IMG/VR virus record: IMGVR_UViG_3300020577_006243
Location: 1-64,000 of that record
Source of the DNA: a virus
Lineage: Duplodnaviria > Caudoviricetes
Reading direction: 5' to 3' (one strand)
Length of the DNA stretch: 64,000 bases
Both the position numbers and the translations under genes were made by a program. Of this stretch, positions 46,956 through 55,652 are shown one piece after another. How positions within the stretch are numbered: position 1 is the first letter of the stretch; each line of letters starts with the position of its first letter. The notes beneath the pieces are model-generated. The model was not told where the DNA came from. It searched no databases and was given only the letters and a program-made list of their open reading frames with translations.

Positions 46956-49177
46956 AGGTATAGTACATCACAAGCGTAAGCATATTTTTTCAATTCTTCT
47001 AGTGATACAGCGTCACTCATAAAATGTTGAAGATGTCTCAACAATGGCTTCTTTTTAGTGATATTAGAAATTTGTTCTCTCATTTCTTTGAAATCAGTAT
47101 CAATTTTTGTAACAGTAATATCTGATCTCAGTTTTATCAATTGTTCTATAGCCTGTCTTTCATGTCCACTAACGTAATAATTTCCAGCATTTACAATATT
47201 ACTCATTTCTTTAAGATTTTTAGCCATGTCTTCAGTAAGGTCAAATATCTGAGCAATAATTTGAATTGTCTCGTCAGTTAATGTTGTACTACCATAGTAG
47301 TTACTGCCAAAAAGACCATTCATATCTCTTTGAATTTTTGATTTTTCATTAGACATAATATATGCCTTGATAGCATCAGTTACTTCTTGTTCATAAAACA
47401 TATCATCTATATTTTTGTTAATTGTTACATAGTTTTCAAGTTTTTTCGTCATAACTTTGTTCAAAATTAACATTGGCTTTTTAATCGCCTTTGACAATGC
47501 AAACATATGCATTGGCAATTTAGTGTTGATTGCATGTTCTGATTTGTAATCAGTAACTTTTTCAACTTCATGGACATAAACTCCATTTGGTATTGTTACT
47601 TCGTTAATTTTCCCATACACTGCACTAAGAATAGTGTTAGTATTCTTGTCAGCAGTAATGGTTATATTTTGTCTTTTTTGGTAAAACTTCGCAGGGATGA
47701 TATATACTCCTGTGATTATGTCAGTGCCAGCATCTTTAGTTTTTTTCTCTCTCTTGTCTCTTTCAATTTTAGTTTTTTCAACAGTAGAATACCTAACAAT
47801 TTCAAAACCAAGTTTGATAAGATATTTCAACGCTTGATAGAAACTATCAATTTTTTGCTGGCTGTCTTTTTCAAGTTTAATTTTTGTGAGCATCATAAAA
47901 TGCCCATTATGTTCATTGAGAAGAGTGAGTGTTCTCTCAGCAGACCTTCTGCTTTCATCAAGCCAATAAATTTTCCTGCTTGCATACTTGTTGTCAAGTG
48001 TGTAAGTAGTTTTCGCTTCTGCTTGAGTAAGTTTTTTCTGTGCAATTTTTTCAATAATAACCCCTCCATCCTTTTTAGGAATAGAAAGTGTTCCAAGAAA
48101 TTTTGAACCGTCTTTATAATCATGGATGTACTCATCAGCACCGTGGTTCATCAAATCCACTTTAGGATTATTATGGTTAATCATTAAGAAAATGTTCGCA
48201 TCAATAGATGCATTTCCACCCATTCTTGTATCCCAAATGATTGAATTTGCTTTAATACAGTAATCAAGATAATCACCCGAATGCAGTCTGTCAACAAATT
48301 GTTTGTTAAATAGTGCAACAGTATCATTGAAACTTTTATGTAAAGTTTTTGATGTTGTTTCATCAAAGTATAATGTCTCTCTGTTAGCTGATACAGACAC
48401 ATCACTTTTCTTGTAAACAAAGGTGATTGTTGAGCCAGTGAGAGTTTTTGAATGACTTATACCGATTTTAGATACATCTACTTTGTATGGAATTTCATCT
48501 ACAAGCGCAAGTACTTCACCGTAAAGATGAACGGCTTCACCTGTAAGAACTTTTGTATCAGAATTCCCGTATTCTTTTGAGAATATAATATCTTCATATT
48601 TAAAGTGATTGAAATTTATCAATATTGGACGCGGTGTCCAGAATTGCGTAAAATACACAACCTTTCTTTCAAAGTTGTAAATATCGTCGTAGTTCTTAAT
48701 TGGAATTTGAATTTCAGTTCCGTTTGGCTCTTTTGTTTTTTCTTCTTTGGTAAGTTTAATACTCCCATTGTCACTGTCAAGGGCACAGAGATATGTATAT
48801 CTATTGCCATTAACATTTGTAATTACATTAAATTCATCAGTGTAAGCAAACGGAGTTTTCGCACCAAGACCAAAACCACCTGTAAGATGTGTACTTGTTC
48901 TTTTGGTTGAAGAAGCAAAATTACAAAACACATTTTCCATCCTATCGGCAGAAATCCCTGGGCCTTCATCTTTAAAAATTATATAAGTAATGCCATTGAT
49001 AATCTGCATAGAAATTTCAATTGGTTTCGTATTCCCAACTTCTCTATTTGCATCTCTAGAATTTGAAGCAACTTCTCTACAAATACTTCCAATAGGGTCG
49101 CTATATAGTTTGCTTCTTAGTATTTTTAAAATACTACCAACATCTTCTTGTTTTATGCCAAACTGAAATTCCTTCAT
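46952..49177 (-). CDS. rIIA: rIIA-like protein (GHKL/HSP90-like ATPase N-terminus)
   Basis: LRSKLYSDPIGSICREVASNSRDA, KDEGPGIS, STKR, GGFGLGAKTPFAYTD, NGTEIQIP. Confidence 0.85.
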   Translation of the reverse strand: MKEFQFGIKQEDVGSILKILRSKLYSDPIGSICREVASNSRDANREVGNTKPIEISMQIINGITYIIFKDEGPGISADRMENVFCNFASSTKRTSTHLTGGFGLGAKTPFAYTDEFNVITNVNGNRYTYLCALDSDNGSIKLTKEEKTKEPNGTEIQIPIKNYDDIYNFERKVVYFTQFWTPRPILINFNHFKYEDIIFSKEYGNSDTKVLTGEAVHLYGEVLALVDEIPYKVDVSKIGISHSKTLTGSTITFVYKKSDVSVSANRETLYFDETTSKTLHKSFNDTVALFNKQFVDRLHSGDYLDYCIKANSIIWDTRMGGNASIDANIFLMINHNNPKVDLMNHGADEYIHDYKDGSKFLGTLSIPKKDGGVIIEKIAQKKLTQAEAKTTYTLDNKYASRKIYWLDESRRSAERTLTLLNEHNGHFMMLTKIKLEKDSQQKIDSFYQALKYLIKLGFEIVRYSTVEKTKIERDKREKKTKDAGTDIITGVYIIPAKFYQKRQNITITADKNTNTILSAVYGKINEVTIPNGVYVHEVEKVTDYKSEHAINTKLPMHMFALSKAIKKPMLILNKVMTKKLENYVTINKNIDDMFYEQEVTDAIKAYIMSNEKSKIQRDMNGLFGSNYYGSTTLTDETIQIIAQIFDLTEDMAKNLKEMSNIVNAGNYYVSGHERQAIEQLIKLRSDITVTKIDTDFKEMREQISNITKKKPLLRHLQHFMSDAVSLEELKKYAYACDVLYL

Positions 49178-49183
49178 ATTTCA

Positions 49184-49212
49184 ATTGTACCATAAAAAAA
49201 TAAATTAAACAA
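49184..49212 (-). promoter_or_regulatory. Sigma70-type promoter (extended -10), leaderless geometry
   Basis: TTGTTT-17 nt-(TGG)TACAAT; -10 ends 7 nt before ATG 49177. Confidence 0.7.
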
Positions 49213-49265
49213 GTAATTTTTTAAAAAACAAGCATATTTTACAATTATTCATATAAGTTAAGTAT

Positions 49266-49436
49266 ATGAATGACAATACAAGAATAACATTTTTAGCAGA
49301 TGTGGAACTATGGAAAAAATTTAAAGGTTTTGCAATTTTAGACGGAACAACTCCATCAGAATTGTTTAGAGAATACATGGAAAATTTTATTAATAAAAGA
49401 GAAGTAAAATATGTGGAAAGTAAGAAAAACAACTGA
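49266..49436 (+). CDS. Ribbon-helix-helix (ParG/CopG-like) protein, 56 aa, not in ORF track
   Basis: MNDNTRITFLADVELWKKFKGFAILDGTTPSELFREYMENFINKREVKYVESKKNN; overlaps the nuclease start. Confidence 0.75.
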   Translation: MNDNTRITFLADVELWKKFKGFAILDGTTPSELFREYMENFINKREVKYVESKKNN

Positions 49437-50322
49437 ACAATTCATTACGGAAGCAAATTTGGTTCATAGTTATAAATATGATTATGAATTAGTTGATTAT
49501 AAATCAAACAAAATTAAAGTTGCAGTTATTTGTAAAACACATGGAAAATTTTCCGTATCACCGGACAATCATTTGTCAAAAAAATCAGGTTGCCCTAAAT
49601 GCTATCACGACAGTAAGAAATTAAATTTAATAAATTTTATTGAAAAAGCAAAAAATATTCATGGGAATAAGTATGATTATAGTTTAGTAGATTTGAATTT
49701 AACAAAAAATAAAATAATTATCATATGTAATATTCATGGAAAGTTTTTACAAACGCCAAATTCACATTTATCAAATCACGGATGCCCAAAATGTTACGGC
49801 CTTTACAAAAATAATGACGATATAATAAAATTATTTAAAAGAACTCATGGCGATAAGTATGATTATTCTATGATTGATTATATTAATAGTTCAACAAAGG
49901 TAATAATTGTCTGCAAAAAACATGGTGAATTTAAACAATCAATACATCATCATATTGATGGAGTTGGATGCCCAAATTGCAATTTATCTAAAGGTGAAGA
50001 GAAGATTAGATTATTTTTAAAACAAAACAATATTAAGTTTGAACAACAAAAAAATTTTAAAAAATTAGGTAAATATGAATTTGATTTTTATTTACCTGAA
50101 CAAAATATACTAATTGAATATGACGGTAAACAACATTTTGAACCAGTAAAGATATTTGGCGGTAAGGACGAATTTATAAAAACAATATATAGAGATAATG
50201 TTAAAGACAAATTTGCAGAAGAAAATGATATTAAATTAATTAGGATACCATATATTAAATTTAACTCAATAAATGAAATCCTAATTAATGTTATTAATTC
50301 TCCTGCATCATTTTCATCATAG
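49411..50322 (+). mobile_element. Freestanding homing-endonuclease-like gene: three DUF723/CapR-like zinc repeats + Vsr/EDxHD-type nuclease domain
   Basis: Three C..HG.F...P..H....GCPKC repeats; SKGE, FDFYLPEQNILIEYDGKQHF, KLIRIPY. Confidence 0.85.
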
Positions 50323-50815
50323 TGATGAAAAGTTTTGCTATATTATAAGCGTCATCACTTGCTCTATGCTGTTTTCCTTCAAATTTAAGCCCGAAACTTT
50401 CAAGCATAAATTCAAGGCTTTTATCGCTGTTAAAATCTTTTCTTACAACTTTATAAAGACTTGAAACATTTACTATATCACTTCCAAATGGATTTAATTC
50501 TTTAAATAGAGATGTCTCATTTTCGTCATCAACAACGAGAAGTCTATTTTTACTACCATATTTTTCTTTTATTCTTTCACAAGCAGTTTCAAGTGAAACA
50601 CCTTGTTTCAAAAGTTTTGCAGTAGTCCAACCTGTGAGATGAGAAACAAAAGGATTAACCTCCATCCCTTCTGGAAGAAGAACTGGTATGCTCACTTTTT
50701 TGACAATAGTTAAGCTATCAAGATCAACCATAGCAAGGCCGATCTCTATTATGTCTTTTGTGGTTTCTGGATTGTTAAATTCCAAATCCAATACATTTGC
50801 TATTTTATTTCTCAT
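50294..50815 (-). CDS. DEDDh 3'-5' exonuclease (KapD/DnaQ-like)
   Basis: VLDLEF ExoI, IIEIG, LTG, HRASDDAYNIA ExoIII. Confidence 0.85.
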   Translation of the reverse strand: MRNKIANVLDLEFNNPETTKDIIEIGLAMVDLDSLTIVKKVSIPVLLPEGMEVNPFVSHLTGWTTAKLLKQGVSLETACERIKEKYGSKNRLLVVDDENETSLFKELNPFGSDIVNVSSLYKVVRKDFNSDKSLEFMLESFGLKFEGKQHRASDDAYNIAKLFITMMKMMQEN

Positions 50816-51138
50816 TTATTTTTTCTTTTTAGTTCATTAGAGTTTGTCACTTCATATTCGATTTCTATAACTTTTACTTTTAAATCTTTAGCCTCAACTC
50901 TAATTGGGTCATAGCCCTTTATTTTAAGTTCAGCAATTTTATTTTTTTTGTCCTTTACAAAAGTATCTAAATTACAAGCTGCGTTATGGACGTTAGAATA
51001 AGAATTGTATGATTGCGTATAACTATCAAAACAATCAATTGTGCAATTGAGATAAATATCGTGACGCCCAGTAAAGTAAAAATCTACATTCCTATATTCT
51101 ATACCAACAAAATAGCGAGTATTTAATTGTTTATTCAT
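50812..51138 (-). CDS. Hypothetical protein
   Basis: 108 aa, own promoter, overlaps exonuclease start. Confidence 0.7.
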   Translation of the reverse strand: MNKQLNTRYFVGIEYRNVDFYFTGRHDIYLNCTIDCFDSYTQSYNSYSNVHNAACNLDTFVKDKKNKIAELKIKGYDPIRVEAKDLKVKVIEIEYEVTNSNELKRKNK

Positions 51139-51144
51139 AATCTA

Positions 51145-51173
51145 ATTTTAGCATGTGTTTAAGCTAAAATCAA
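51145..51173 (-). promoter_or_regulatory. Sigma70-type promoter (extended -10), leaderless geometry
   Basis: TTGATT-17 nt-(TGC)TAAAAT; -10 ends 7 nt before ATG 51138. Confidence 0.7.
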
Positions 51174-51844
51174 GCAAATAATAGTCTATATTTATCGTAA
51201 AACCATGTACAATTATGAACAAACCACTGATTAAGCAATACCTTTCTATTGTTGATGATTAGATGATATTCAAATCTTTTGTCTATCAATTCCATAAGTT
51301 CTTCTTGAGTAGTTGGTATTTTTTTAAGCAATTTAGTTTCTAATTCTTCACCATGAATGAAGAATTTTTCTCCACGTTCTGGTGAAACTATTGCTGGACC
51401 ATCTTCTCTGTGTTTACGCCCATTTTCATCAGTCCATCTCTCTTCCAACATAACATTTCTTCTACGAATTAAACTTGACGGCCCGCTATCATTTTTTCTA
51501 TATTGCTTACCATCTATGTAATAGATTTCTTTAATTGCATTTTGCAATAAAAATCCTATAAATGCTGGACCATATTCTCTATGCAGTTCTTTATCTTTGT
51601 AATATTCAATCTTATTGATGTTTTTGGTTTCTTCATCAATATAACTGAATTTCAAAAATTTCTTGCCTCTTATTTGAGAATTAAGCCGTTTCAGAAAAAA
51701 TGGGTATTCATCATGTTTGACACGAATGCTCAAATATTTTTTTTCTTCTTCTATTGCACGTTTCTTATACTGTGATTTTGATATATAATCCTCCATAATC
51801 AGATTATAATCTGACACTACCAATAAATCAAGTTTATTTCTCAT
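51170..51844 (-). CDS. HREDGPA-repeat (MORN-variant-like) protein
   Basis: ELHREYGPA, QYRKNDSGPS, RKHREDGPA repeats; C-terminal FYDKYRL. Confidence 0.75.
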   Translation of the reverse strand: MRNKLDLLVVSDYNLIMEDYISKSQYKKRAIEEEKKYLSIRVKHDEYPFFLKRLNSQIRGKKFLKFSYIDEETKNINKIEYYKDKELHREYGPAFIGFLLQNAIKEIYYIDGKQYRKNDSGPSSLIRRRNVMLEERWTDENGRKHREDGPAIVSPERGEKFFIHGEELETKLLKKIPTTQEELMELIDKRFEYHLIINNRKVLLNQWFVHNCTWFYDKYRLLFA

Positions 51845-52824
51845 ACTTCTAATAAATCTAAATACCTTTCTAGAGTTTCTTTATTATTATCAAATCCAAT
51901 CCTATTAAACATAATTTGTTTAATAGTTTCGTTTTTCTCTTGTTTAATTTTTTCTTTTGTTATTTGTTCCGGATATTCAACAATCCAAGAAGGGACAATA
52001 ATTCCATGAATTGAGTATAATTTGTATCCGTCAGCAAATGAAATTGCTGGTTTCGTGTTATGATGTAATTTGCCATCTTTATCTAAATTTAATTCAATTG
52101 GTCTTTCACTGCAAAAAACAATATTTTCAAAAGGAAACCACCAATAACATTCTTTTGATTGTTCTATCCATAAACTTAATAATTCTTTATCCTTATCGTT
52201 ATAAGGCACTCCTATTTTATTACAAAAATCATAAAATACATCCCAATAACACCATTGAGAACCGCCAAAATAATTTTCAAACTTTATGTCCTCAAGATTG
52301 TTCTCAAGATTGTTCCTAAGATTGTTCGCAAGATTGTTCGCAAGATTGTTCCTAAGATTGTCCTCAAGATTGTTCCTAAGATTGTTCCTAAGATTGTCCT
52401 CAAGATTGTTCCTAAGATTGTCCTCAAGATTGTTCCTAAGATTGTTCCTAAGATTGTCCTCAAGATTGTTCGCAAGATTGTCCTCAAGATTGTTCCTAAG
52501 ATTGTTCCTAAGATTGTTCCTAAGATTGTCCTCAAGATTGTCCTCAAGATTGTTCCAAAGATTGTTCCAAAGATTGCTCCCAAGATTGTCCCTAAGATTG
52601 TTCCCAAGATTGCTCTTAAATAAATGAATAACTAACATACATTGCAAAGGAGAGTCGCAAAACCAAAACATTGGTTCTTCATTTCCATTTGCTTTATATA
52701 AATTTGTAATTGATTTGGCAACAGCAGATTTGTTCAGCCGTTCAGTTGAACGGCCAATATCAAGCCATTTATTAATGGTATTTTGTAAATCTAATTTCTG
52801 TTCTTTCGTTAGGTTTGAAATCAT
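51841..52824 (-). CDS. DUF6745-like protein with 27 NLxx repeats (paralogue of 45873)
   Basis: Same flanking motifs WFCDSP, GSQWC, CYWWFPFENIVF, LHHNTKPA..FADGY. Confidence 0.8.
   Translation of the reverse strand: MISNLTKEQKLDLQNTINKWLDIGRSTERLNKSAVAKSITNLYKANGNEEPMFWFCDSPLQCMLVIHLFKSNLGNNLRDNLGSNLWNNLWNNLEDNLEDNLRNNLRNNLRNNLEDNLANNLEDNLRNNLRNNLEDNLRNNLEDNLRNNLRNNLEDNLRNNLANNLANNLRNNLENNLEDIKFENYFGGSQWCYWDVFYDFCNKIGVPYNDKDKELLSLWIEQSKECYWWFPFENIVFCSERPIELNLDKDGKLHHNTKPAISFADGYKLYSIHGIIVPSWIVEYPEQITKEKIKQEKNETIKQIMFNRIGFDNNKETLERYLDLLEV
52288..52611 (-). repeat. 12-nt tandem repeat array, 27 units of AATCTT-NNNNNN
   Basis: Same invariant hexamer as 46341-46736. Confidence 0.95.
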
Positions 52825-52831
52825 ATTTCAT

Positions 52832-52860
52832 ATTTTAATATATTTCTTAAATTAAATCAA
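52832..52860 (-). promoter_or_regulatory. Sigma70-type promoter
   Basis: TTGATT-17 nt-TAAAAT; -10 ends 8 nt before ATG 52824. Confidence 0.7.
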
Positions 52861-52880
52861 GTAATTTTTTTATTTCTCAG

Positions 52881-52909
52881 TTGACATAGTAAAAGTAAAA
52901 TCGTATAAT
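52881..52909 (+). promoter_or_regulatory. Perfect-consensus sigma70 promoter, leaderless geometry
   Basis: TTGACA-17 nt-TATAAT; -10 ends 7 nt before ATG 52916. Confidence 0.9.
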
Positions 52910-52915
52910 AATCCA

Positions 52916-53254
52916 ATGGCTAAAACAGTAACACCGGCAGAGATTGTCGAAGAAACAGTAACAAAACCAGTAGTTGGTTCTGCTAATATTGAAATGAGTG
53001 AGAATGGCAACAAAATTATGAAAATGACGCATGTTGCACTTCTCAAAGAAGTTGCTATGAAGAAAGAAAATATTTATAGACAACTTGGAATGATTGAAGA
53101 AGCGAAGCACGCTTTGTTGAAAGACATTGATGTTGCAGAAAAAAACAGAATGGAACTAGCTACTGAAATCCAAAAAGAGTATGACTTACCAGAGGGAAAA
53201 CTCTGGCAACTCCGACCAGACACTCGTGAGATTTTAGTATCTAACGAACAATAA
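52916..53254 (+). CDS. Hypothetical coiled-coil protein
   Basis: 112 aa behind a consensus promoter. Confidence 0.75.
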   Translation: MAKTVTPAEIVEETVTKPVVGSANIEMSENGNKIMKMTHVALLKEVAMKKENIYRQLGMIEEAKHALLKDIDVAEKNRMELATEIQKEYDLPEGKLWQLRPDTREILVSNEQ

Positions 53255-53264
53255 AGTTGATAAT

Positions 53265-54017
53265 TTAACTCGCTGGAATTCCAGCGAGTTTTTCTTTTAT
53301 ACATTTTTCTTTATTAGTCCTCCATTCATTTTCCCACACAACAATATATTTATACCCATTTTCTTCAAAAAGCAATTTTACATTGTCATCATATTCCCAA
53401 ATTTCTTTAGCAGTCTTTGATTTTATTTTATGAAAATAATTTGGGCTATCATAATTTTTAACATTTGGGTTACAATGCCAATAATCTCCGTGAAAATTAA
53501 TAGCAAATTTACCATCAATGATAATGTCAGCCTCTCTTTTTAGAAGCCTTACATTTTCATTAATAATAGATTTTGAGAAAATTCTTTTAATTTCATCCTT
53601 AAATTCAATTTCAATTTTTGACGTTCCACCCAATGAACATTTAGGGCATCTTCTTTTACTATCTTTAAATTTATTGAATTTCATTTTAAACCTACACCCT
53701 TTAGGACACACTAAACTCATTTTGGTAATATTATTTTTGTATTCACTGTCTAATAAGACATATCCTTCTTTTTCTATAAATAATTTTACTTCTTCATAGT
53801 TAAGTCTTTTAGTTCCACCACATTTGGGGCATCTTATTCCTTTTTTAAAATGATTGAATTCAGTTTCATAGATATGCCCTTCTGGACATTCAAATTTCAT
53901 TTTAGAGTGAGTATTAATGTACTCATTGCTTAATAATTTATATCCAGCATTTTCAACAATAGACTTAGCAAATTCTAATGTAAATTTTTTTGTGCTTTTA
54001 CCAGTAGGATTACTCAT
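53265..54017 (-). mobile_element. Freestanding homing-endonuclease-like gene: two zinc-ribbon repeats + Vsr/EDxHD-type nuclease domain
   Basis: ECPEGH...RCPKC and VCPKGC...RCPKC; SKIE, ADII, INFHGDYWH, IVVWENEW. Confidence 0.85.
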
Positions 54018-54156
54018 TCTCTTCCTCTGTGTATTTTTTCATAAGTTCTCCTAAAATAGAAGAAGCACTCCTGTCATTTTTTTCGCAGGCTTCTTTAAAT
54101 CGTTCCCAAATTTCTTTTTTTACCATTATGCTTGCTCTAATTTTATTTTCATTCAT
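54010..54156 (-). CDS. Ribbon-helix-helix (ParG/CopG-like) protein, 48 aa, not in ORF track
   Basis: MNENKIRASIMVKKEIWERFKEACEKNDRSASSILGELMKKYTEEENE; stop overlaps nuclease ATG (ATGAGTAA). Confidence 0.75.
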   Translation of the reverse strand: MNENKIRASIMVKKEIWERFKEACEKNDRSASSILGELMKKYTEEENE

Positions 54157-54162
54157 ATACAT

Positions 54163-54191
54163 ATCTTATACATAATTCCTATATATATCAA
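54163..54191 (-). promoter_or_regulatory. Sigma70-type promoter for the RHH-nuclease cassette
   Basis: TTGATA-17 nt-TAAGAT; -10 ends 7 nt before ATG 54156. Confidence 0.6.
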
Positions 54192-54213
54192 ATAACAAAT
54201 AATTTTTTATCAT

Positions 54214-54242
54214 TTGACATAAAAAACGAATAATGTTATTGT
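54214..54242 (+). promoter_or_regulatory. Sigma70-type promoter with no adjacent long ORF
   Basis: TTGACA-17 nt-(TGT)TATTGT. Confidence 0.6.
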
Positions 54243-54247
54243 TTAAT

Positions 54248-54373
54248 CACAAGAGAAATTCTTGTGTCAAATGAGTAAAAATATAAATTTCTATTTTGAC
54301 GCCTCCTCAAATTGTGGAAATAGAAAAATAACAAACTAAACTTCAACCGATGTTGAAAAACATCGGTTTTTTT
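54248..54373 (+). ncRNA. Candidate structured small RNA (about 125 nt)
   Basis: Between the promoter and a terminator; hairpin CACAAGA/TCTTGTG, stem TTTCTATTT/AAATAGAAA enclosing CCTCCT; only a 22-codon ORF (54271-54339). Confidence 0.4.
54345..54373 (+). terminator. Rho-independent terminator
   Basis: AACCGATG-TTGAAAAA-CATCGGTT-TTTTT. Confidence 0.8.
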
Positions 54374-54386
54374 GTAAGTTAATGAT

Positions 54387-54764
54387 ATGGGAATGGAAGA
54401 CTGGATAATAGCATTAAAAAATCATGCAGAAAAACAAAGAAGCATCATATCGTCACAGGCAAACATTTATTTCACAAAAGAAATAACAGACACTATGAAT
54501 AACATGGTTGCTGGAGAAAATTATAAATTCATTCTTATTAAGAACACACTAATCCCTGATGACGTTGACAAGGCGTTAAACTCTGAGTTTGGAACGCCAA
54601 CTGGAAAAGGACAGAGTACTACAACCGACATCCCAAGTGAAAAGATAAGAAAATCATTGGTAACTCTAAATAGTAATATGTCATTTAAAAAGTCTTTTGA
54701 TCTATATTTAGACTTGGATAGGCCATCTAAAATAGTTAAGATTACAATTAGAAGTAAAATTTAG
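54387..54764 (+). CDS. Hypothetical late protein
   Basis: 125 aa, TAAGTTAA 4 nt upstream. Confidence 0.7.
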   Translation: MGMEDWIIALKNHAEKQRSIISSQANIYFTKEITDTMNNMVAGENYKFILIKNTLIPDDVDKALNSEFGTPTGKGQSTTTDIPSEKIRKSLVTLNSNMSFKKSFDLYLDLDRPSKIVKITIRSKI

Positions 54765-54812
54765 GTCTAAAAATAACCAATGTAAAACCTGTTATTTGTA
54801 AGTTAATGGTGG

Positions 54813-55652
54813 ATGATTACAGAAGAATTACGAGACTATAACGGAGAAGCCAGTTACCCACAATTTTATCTATACATATCTGCTGTTGGCGCATGGTTGA
54901 ACACATTTCGTGTCCCAAGAAAGCACGATAGTATGCCTGTAATCTACTCAACTCCACAAAGACCTTATTTTCTAAATCAACTTGCAAAGTATGGGTTTGA
55001 TACATCAAATGGACAAATTCCAACCCCGATTTGGTCTTATAGAATTTCTGGATATGAAAGAAGAAAGGATAGAGAAATTCCAAGAGTTGTTAAGTATTTT
55101 AATAAAGAAACGAACAAATTTTATCCTGACTTAATTCCTTTTAATATAACTTGGACTATATCCCTTTGGACAAGAAAAGAAGCGGATACTATGGATATTA
55201 TGTATCAATTTCAAACTGCATTTGAACAGGGTATGAAATGGATCATTTTTACTGATGAGGAATTTCCTAAAAGAACACAAACAACAGTTTTCTTTTTAGA
55301 CAGTATAGCGGACAGCACAAATCCTGAACCTGGTGAAAAAGGTGATATGGAATATAAAACTGATATAACACTAAAGTCAGAATGCTATCTCCCTAGAACT
55401 GGTTTTGACGGTTCGTTTGTTAAAAAGATTTATATTGATCTTGGAACTAGCGAAGATACAGATAATTGTACTATTGAATACATAAGTGGGAGCGGTGAAG
55501 TTTATGTAAGTGGAGTTCCACAATTAGGAGTTAAGAAAATAAATACTGGTGAATTGTGTGGGATTATATCTCCTAACTTAATAGCGTTCTCAGGAACTGT
55601 TAATGTTGGAGAACCTGACGAGCAATTAGTAGTGGAGCATTACACATGGTAA
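54813..55652 (+). CDS. Tail terminator / sheath stabiliser, T4 gp15-like
   Basis: MPVIYSTPQR, IPTPIWSY, IPFNITWTISLWT...D.M.I..Q, YKTDITL; TAAGTTAA 6 nt upstream. Confidence 0.7.
   Translation: MITEELRDYNGEASYPQFYLYISAVGAWLNTFRVPRKHDSMPVIYSTPQRPYFLNQLAKYGFDTSNGQIPTPIWSYRISGYERRKDREIPRVVKYFNKETNKFYPDLIPFNITWTISLWTRKEADTMDIMYQFQTAFEQGMKWIIFTDEEFPKRTQTTVFFLDSIADSTNPEPGEKGDMEYKTDITLKSECYLPRTGFDGSFVKKIYIDLGTSEDTDNCTIEYISGSGEVYVSGVPQLGVKKINTGELCGIISPNLIAFSGTVNVGEPDEQLVVEHYTW

Noticed and set aside
49205-49432. 75-aa - strand ORF from the track
   Set aside because: Antisense to the RHH gene 49266-49436, which has a recognisable fold and a paralogue.
46341-52611. Diversity-generating retroelement: most variable codons can be derived from AAG-AAC by changes at adenines
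   Set aside because: The adenines of the AAT codon never vary, AAA breaks the pattern, no non-coding template repeat and no reverse transcriptase occur in the window.
52255-52627. Long alternative-frame ORFs over the second array
   Set aside because: Same reason as above.
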